Positions 35,801 through 38,628 of a stretch of DNA of 38,628 bases are shown piece by piece. The translations under genes and the position numbers were made by a program. Location of the stretch: the IMG/VR virus record IMGVR_UViG_2711768037_000009, positions 1 to 38,628 of that record; one strand, written 5' to 3'. This DNA is from a virus (Duplodnaviria > Heunggongvirae > Uroviricota > Caudoviricetes). The notes under the pieces are model-generated. The model was not told where the DNA came from. It did no database searches and saw nothing but the letters and a program-made list of their open reading frames with translations. Every line of letters starts with the position of its first letter. The first letter of the stretch is position 1.

Positions 35801-37431
35801 TAGAAACGATAAAATCATCGGTTGATGAAAGTGTTGCGGCTGTAGAAGAAATGCAGAGAACAGTTGCTGAGGTAGGAAGAGTAAGTTCAGAAATCACAAC
35901 TAATCTTGAAGCAATTTCTAAGACAAATATCGATCTTGCGTTGCGGCAGGACGAAGATCAGCACAGACAGCTGGTAAATAACGCGAAAATTGCAACGACT
36001 CAAAAGATTCTTGTCGATGATGTGTCCGCAATGGCATCTAAGGTTGAAGAGATACGAGCCGAGATTGGTGACAACATTCGAGCATCTATTCTCGAAGAAA
36101 CGACAGCAAGAACCGACGCTGACAATGCGTTAGCCAGTAGCATGACACAATTACAGAGTAAATTTGAAAATGATATTAGTGCTGCTATAAGGTCAGAACA
36201 ATCCACTAGGGCATCAGCGAATGAAGCGCTTTCAACTCAAATTACTCAACTGGAATCTAAAGTCAATACAGATCTTTCCACTGCAATTAGAGAAGAGCGA
36301 CAAACAAGAGTCACTCAAAATGAAGCGTTATCAAGACAAATCAATCAATTGCAGGTAAAAATGGATGATGACATATCCGCTGCTATTAATGAGGAAAGAG
36401 AAGCCAGAGCATCAGGCGATAGTGCGCTATCAAGAGAAGTTAGTAGTTTAAAAACAAAAACAGGTAAAGACATTGCAGCGGCAGTAGCAGTTGAAACCAA
36501 AGCAAGAATTGACGCTAATGATGCATTATCCAGACAAATATCCTCGCTTACTACAAGGGCCAATGAGCTTGAGTCCTCGATAGAGCGAGAATCGACATCT
36601 CGTACAAGTCAGGATTCTGCCATTGCAAAAGACTTGACGAGTTTTAAAACAAAAACTGCTAAGGATATAAGTGCAGCTGTTGCGGTAGAAACCCAGGCAA
36701 GAACTGACGCTGATACCGCATTGACGTCGCAGATTAACTCACTAAAGACGCAAACTGGTAAAGATATAAAGGCTGCTGTGGCAGAAGAGACAAAAGCAAG
36801 AACTGATGCTGATGCGGCGCTTGCGACAAGAGTAACTAATCTCCAGTCGCAAACAACAAATGATATCAATGCAGCGATTACGTCAGAGTCAAAGGCCAGA
36901 ACAAGTGCAGACAACGCTCTAGGAAAACGAATTGATACACTGAAAGCGTCTGTAGATGGAAATGTTGCCGTTATTCAACAGCAGGCTTCTGCTATAGCTG
37001 ACGCAAATAGAAAAGTATCCACCTCGTACACATTGAAGATGGAAACTTCAACGAGTGGAGGGCAGAAGTATGTAGCGGGCATTGCGCTTGGTATTGATAC
37101 AGCGGGGCTTTCTCAGTTTTTGGTGCGGGCAGATCGATTTGGTTTGGTCAACAATGTTAATGGGAAGATCACAACGCCATTTGTTATCGAAAACAGCATT
37201 GCATATATGAACGGTGCTTATATCAAAGATGGCACTATCACAAACGCAAAGGTAGGTGACTTGCAATCAACAAACTTCGTAAGCGGACGAGCCGGATGGA
37301 GATTTGGCAAAAACGGAACGCTTGAGATTAACGGTAACAGTGGCGGAAATGGGAGATTAGTTATCAATGGGCAGAGGATCGACGTTTACGATGACAATAA
37401 TGTACTCCGGGTAAGAATTGGTCGGCTTTGA
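32824..37431 (+). CDS. Tail tip / host-specificity protein, lambda gpJ-like (~1535 aa) with C-terminal tandem-repeat coiled-coil region
   Basis: ORF track 32818..37431; ATG at 32824 after AAGGA; N-terminal half shares gpJ landmarks (RGLKIRVPSNY...WDGSFKP...PAWILFDLLTNSRYGLG...YCDE). Confidence 0.85.
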   Translation: MEQFKKKKLPLLIAGSGGKKSSKSSSRTPVEADDTVNSRAMASILDLLGEGVIGGLVNGARSIFVDDLPIVNEDGSSNFSGISWDFRDGSQDQTPMSGFDFVETPKSINIQLKKSHYVTVSIDNDEADRVRVIMKFPSLRRIDQKTGDTNGTTVEYKFQISNGDSTFVDVVAEGEKNVGIKLTAKKTGVYYRSYELKLPKPGRAYSIRVVRITDDNNGQYLYNDTWVDSIGEIVDTPMNYPNSALVGLKVNSEQFGGSMPSRSYLVRGLKIRVPSNYNEASNTYDGVWDGSFKPLSSSNPAWILFDLLTNSRYGLGQYVSESMIDLGQLYQIGRYCDEEVDDGFGGKEKRFAINTQITSRQDAYRLIQDIAGAFRGMVFWAGGMVNIMQDSPSDPVMMFTNSNVKDGLFTYKGSARKDRPSVALVTYNNKEDGYKQNIEYVEDQDAMRRYGERKTEVVAFGCTSRGQAHRVGLWLLYTARMESDVITFTAGLDASFLMPGETVLIQNKYRAGKRNSGRIVEFTKNSITLDAPVSLAKSGSFIRILNQKGKIVERDVLETGENITKVTFSKALSSAETPVLNGVWTITEPDLEPMRVRIVNIAQGETPGSFDITAVENNPSKYEAIDNGATLIPQNTTVLDPTYSKPSNLQITEGTYLSSPGNLSVKLTATWEGKSPVYWISWRRSDENNVSNWQSARVTEEQYEIVNVAENGRYDFQLYAVSFNGKKTEIISTVYQVLGTMTPPDAPMSLTAVGDYRNVILNWVNPDSVDLDHINVYASQTNNLDTAKLIAESASTTFTHAGLGDNETWYYWVRSANKRGMLSRPNSNLGTEATTRDVLSFLANKITSSELGQALNEEIDSKASQQAVDEINNHIVQSVESLEGEISALNKELMSSIDEFKTSFTERSDTLENAQSELRTEVSSTREKVDDALQQVENSNAALIELRNTVSEQGDSVAGVVEAANAALENASSLIAEEREARAQAELANAKKIETIKSSVDESVAAVEEMQRTVAEVGRVSSEITTNLEAISKTNIDLALRQDEDQHRQLVNNAKIATTQKILVDDVSAMASKVEEIRAEIGDNIRASILEETTARTDADNALASSMTQLQSKFENDISAAIRSEQSTRASANEALSTQITQLESKVNTDLSTAIREERQTRVTQNEALSRQINQLQVKMDDDISAAINEEREARASGDSALSREVSSLKTKTGKDIAAAVAVETKARIDANDALSRQISSLTTRANELESSIERESTSRTSQDSAIAKDLTSFKTKTAKDISAAVAVETQARTDADTALTSQINSLKTQTGKDIKAAVAEETKARTDADAALATRVTNLQSQTTNDINAAITSESKARTSADNALGKRIDTLKASVDGNVAVIQQQASAIADANRKVSTSYTLKMETSTSGGQKYVAGIALGIDTAGLSQFLVRADRFGLVNNVNGKITTPFVIENSIAYMNGAYIKDGTITNAKVGDLQSTNFVSGRAGWRFGKNGTLEINGNSGGNGRLVINGQRIDVYDDNNVLRVRIGRL
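36050..36960 (+). repeat. Tandem ~99-bp coding repeats (33-residue units, ~8-9 copies) inside the J-like gene
   Basis: Units such as DISAAIRSEQSTRASANEALSTQITQLESKVNT and DISAAVAVETQARTDADTALTSQINSLKTQTGK; coordinates approximate. Confidence 0.7.
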
Positions 37432-37525
37432 TTATGGAAAAAAATATTTTCATCGATAATAATAAGTAGCTACATACTTAACTGTGGGCGAGGATAGCCC
37501 ACCTTATTAAAGGAGCAGATTCAAC

Positions 37526-38628
37526 ATGTGGTACAGGGAAGGTACTATCACATTTACACAAGGCAGCAATACTCTGGTTGGTGCTGGGACAGCATGGAAC
37601 GTTACGGCCAATGGTGTGTTGCCTGGCATGATTGTCGTCGCACCTGATAATAAATTGTATGAAATTAAAAGCGTAACAAATGACACAACCTTAACGTTGG
37701 TTGAAAACTATACTGGTGAAACGCAAAGTAATATCCCATGTAGGATCATAACTACATACGAAGGAGATTTGACTCAGTTTAGTGCTCGATTTACTGCGCT
37801 TTTATCGAGAATGGCCGGTGATGCTAAAACTGTGCGTAATTGGCTAACGGCTGTAGATGAAATAACACTTGAGCGTGAAGATGGTACAAGTATTAATGTT
37901 AAACCTCTTGCGAAGATTATTGATGAGCATAATAAGCACGTAGAATGGTACGAAAATAATACGAATGTAATCGATGAAGCCAACACCAGAGTAAAGCAAG
38001 CTGCGGCAAGTGCTGCGGCAAGTGAAGAACTTGCCGCAGAGATTCTATTGCGAGCAGAGAATGCGACAACACGAGCAGAAGAGGCTGTATCAAGAGCTGC
38101 GACAGCATACGGGCCACAGGGACCAAAGGGCGATCGAGGAGAGAAAGGCGATAAAGGCGAGCAGGGGATTCAGGGCAAGACTGGTCCACAAGGGCCACGT
38201 GGTCTTCAGGGGGATACTGGTCCTGTTGGACCTCGTGGAGTTCCAGGACCTCAAGGGGAAATAGGCCCTCGTGGAGAAACTGGACCAAGAGGAGAAAAAG
38301 GTGATCCTGGTGGTCCACAGGGACCAAAGGGTGACACAGGACCAAGAGGGGAACAAGGACCTCAAGGCCCAAGAGGAGCTACTGGAGAGAGGGGACCACA
38401 GGGTTCCCGAGGACCGGCAGGTAGCGCCGGTCCAAAAGGGGAAAAAGGCGATCCAGGATCACAGGGTCCGAAAGGTGAAACGGGAGCAACAGGCCCAGCT
38501 GGTCCGCGGGGAGCGCAGGGACCGAAAGGGGAGAAAGGAGACCCCGGTCCCAGAGGTGAGCGTGGAGAAACCGGGCCGATGGGGCCAAAGGGCGAGAGAG
38601 GCGAGAGAGGCGAGAGAGGGGCGCAGGG
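37526..38628 (+). CDS. Tail fibre protein with collagen-like Gly-X-Y repeats; 3' end beyond window
   Basis: AAGGAG SD 10 nt upstream of ATG; open to the window edge; uninterrupted Gly-X-Y triplets from ~38100 (GPQGPKGDRGEKGDKGEQG...). Confidence 0.75.
   Translation, partial: MWYREGTITFTQGSNTLVGAGTAWNVTANGVLPGMIVVAPDNKLYEIKSVTNDTTLTLVENYTGETQSNIPCRIITTYEGDLTQFSARFTALLSRMAGDAKTVRNWLTAVDEITLEREDGTSINVKPLAKIIDEHNKHVEWYENNTNVIDEANTRVKQAAASAAASEELAAEILLRAENATTRAEEAVSRAATAYGPQGPKGDRGEKGDKGEQGIQGKTGPQGPRGLQGDTGPVGPRGVPGPQGEIGPRGETGPRGEKGDPGGPQGPKGDTGPRGEQGPQGPRGATGERGPQGSRGPAGSAGPKGEKGDPGSQGPKGETGATGPAGPRGAQGPKGEKGDPGPRGERGETGPMGPKGERGERGERGAQ

Noticed and set aside
35451-38588. Minus-strand ORFs inside the J-like and tail fibre genes (e.g. 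35451..35897, 36609..36914, 37917..38372, 38379..38588)
   Set aside because: Antisense translations of repeat-rich coding sequence (Ser/Ala-rich, or Pro/Leu-rich opposite the collagen tract); no independent support
38096-38628. Collagen-like Gly-X-Y tract as eukaryotic contamination
   Set aside because: It continues an in-frame phage tail fibre ORF with bacterial SD and codon usage; collagen-like tracts are common in phage fibres

Overview
The window opens with the last ~86 codons of a methionyl-tRNA synthetase gene (metG-like C-terminal tRNA-binding domain, ending ...AKPGHQVK) and its intrinsic terminator, then runs directly into ~38 kb of phage-type DNA that continues past the right edge. 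No integrase, repressor, lysis cassette, tRNA, rRNA or CRISPR array was found, so whether this is an integrated prophage or a phage genome joined to host DNA cannot be decided here. Layout: (1) 0.4-1.4 kb, two plus-strand genes (small soluble protein, multi-pass membrane protein); (2) 1.44-2.96 kb, an ORF-poor region with strong A+C strand skew, iteron-like tandem repeats, a terminator and a GC-rich repeated-motif block; (3) 2.98-6.2 kb, small early-type plus-strand genes separated by intrinsic terminators and preceded by a shared palindromic motif AAACA-N3-TGTTT; (4) 6.8-12.5 kb, a minus-strand block with two small genes bracketed by inverted hairpins, an AT-rich accessory island (including a predicted lipoprotein and a CRP-like site) and an SF2 helicase; (5) 12.5-16.0 kb, a plus-strand module with two ParB-like proteins, a minimal ABC-type ATPase, a GNAT-like protein and a small winged-helix protein; (6) 16.2-38.6 kb, a siphovirus structural module: terminase small and large subunits, portal, scaffold, major capsid protein, connector proteins, Ig-domain major tail protein, G/GT chaperone pair, 1524-aa tape measure, lambda-like M, L, K, I and J tail-tip proteins, and a collagen-like tail fibre cut by the window edge. 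The best candidates for something new are the 1.5-kb non-coding repeat region, the ParB/ParB/ATPase module just upstream of the terminase, and the AT-rich accessory island. All functional calls rest on motifs and remembered family features read by eye; no database search was run, and intergenic coordinates are approximate to within a few bases.
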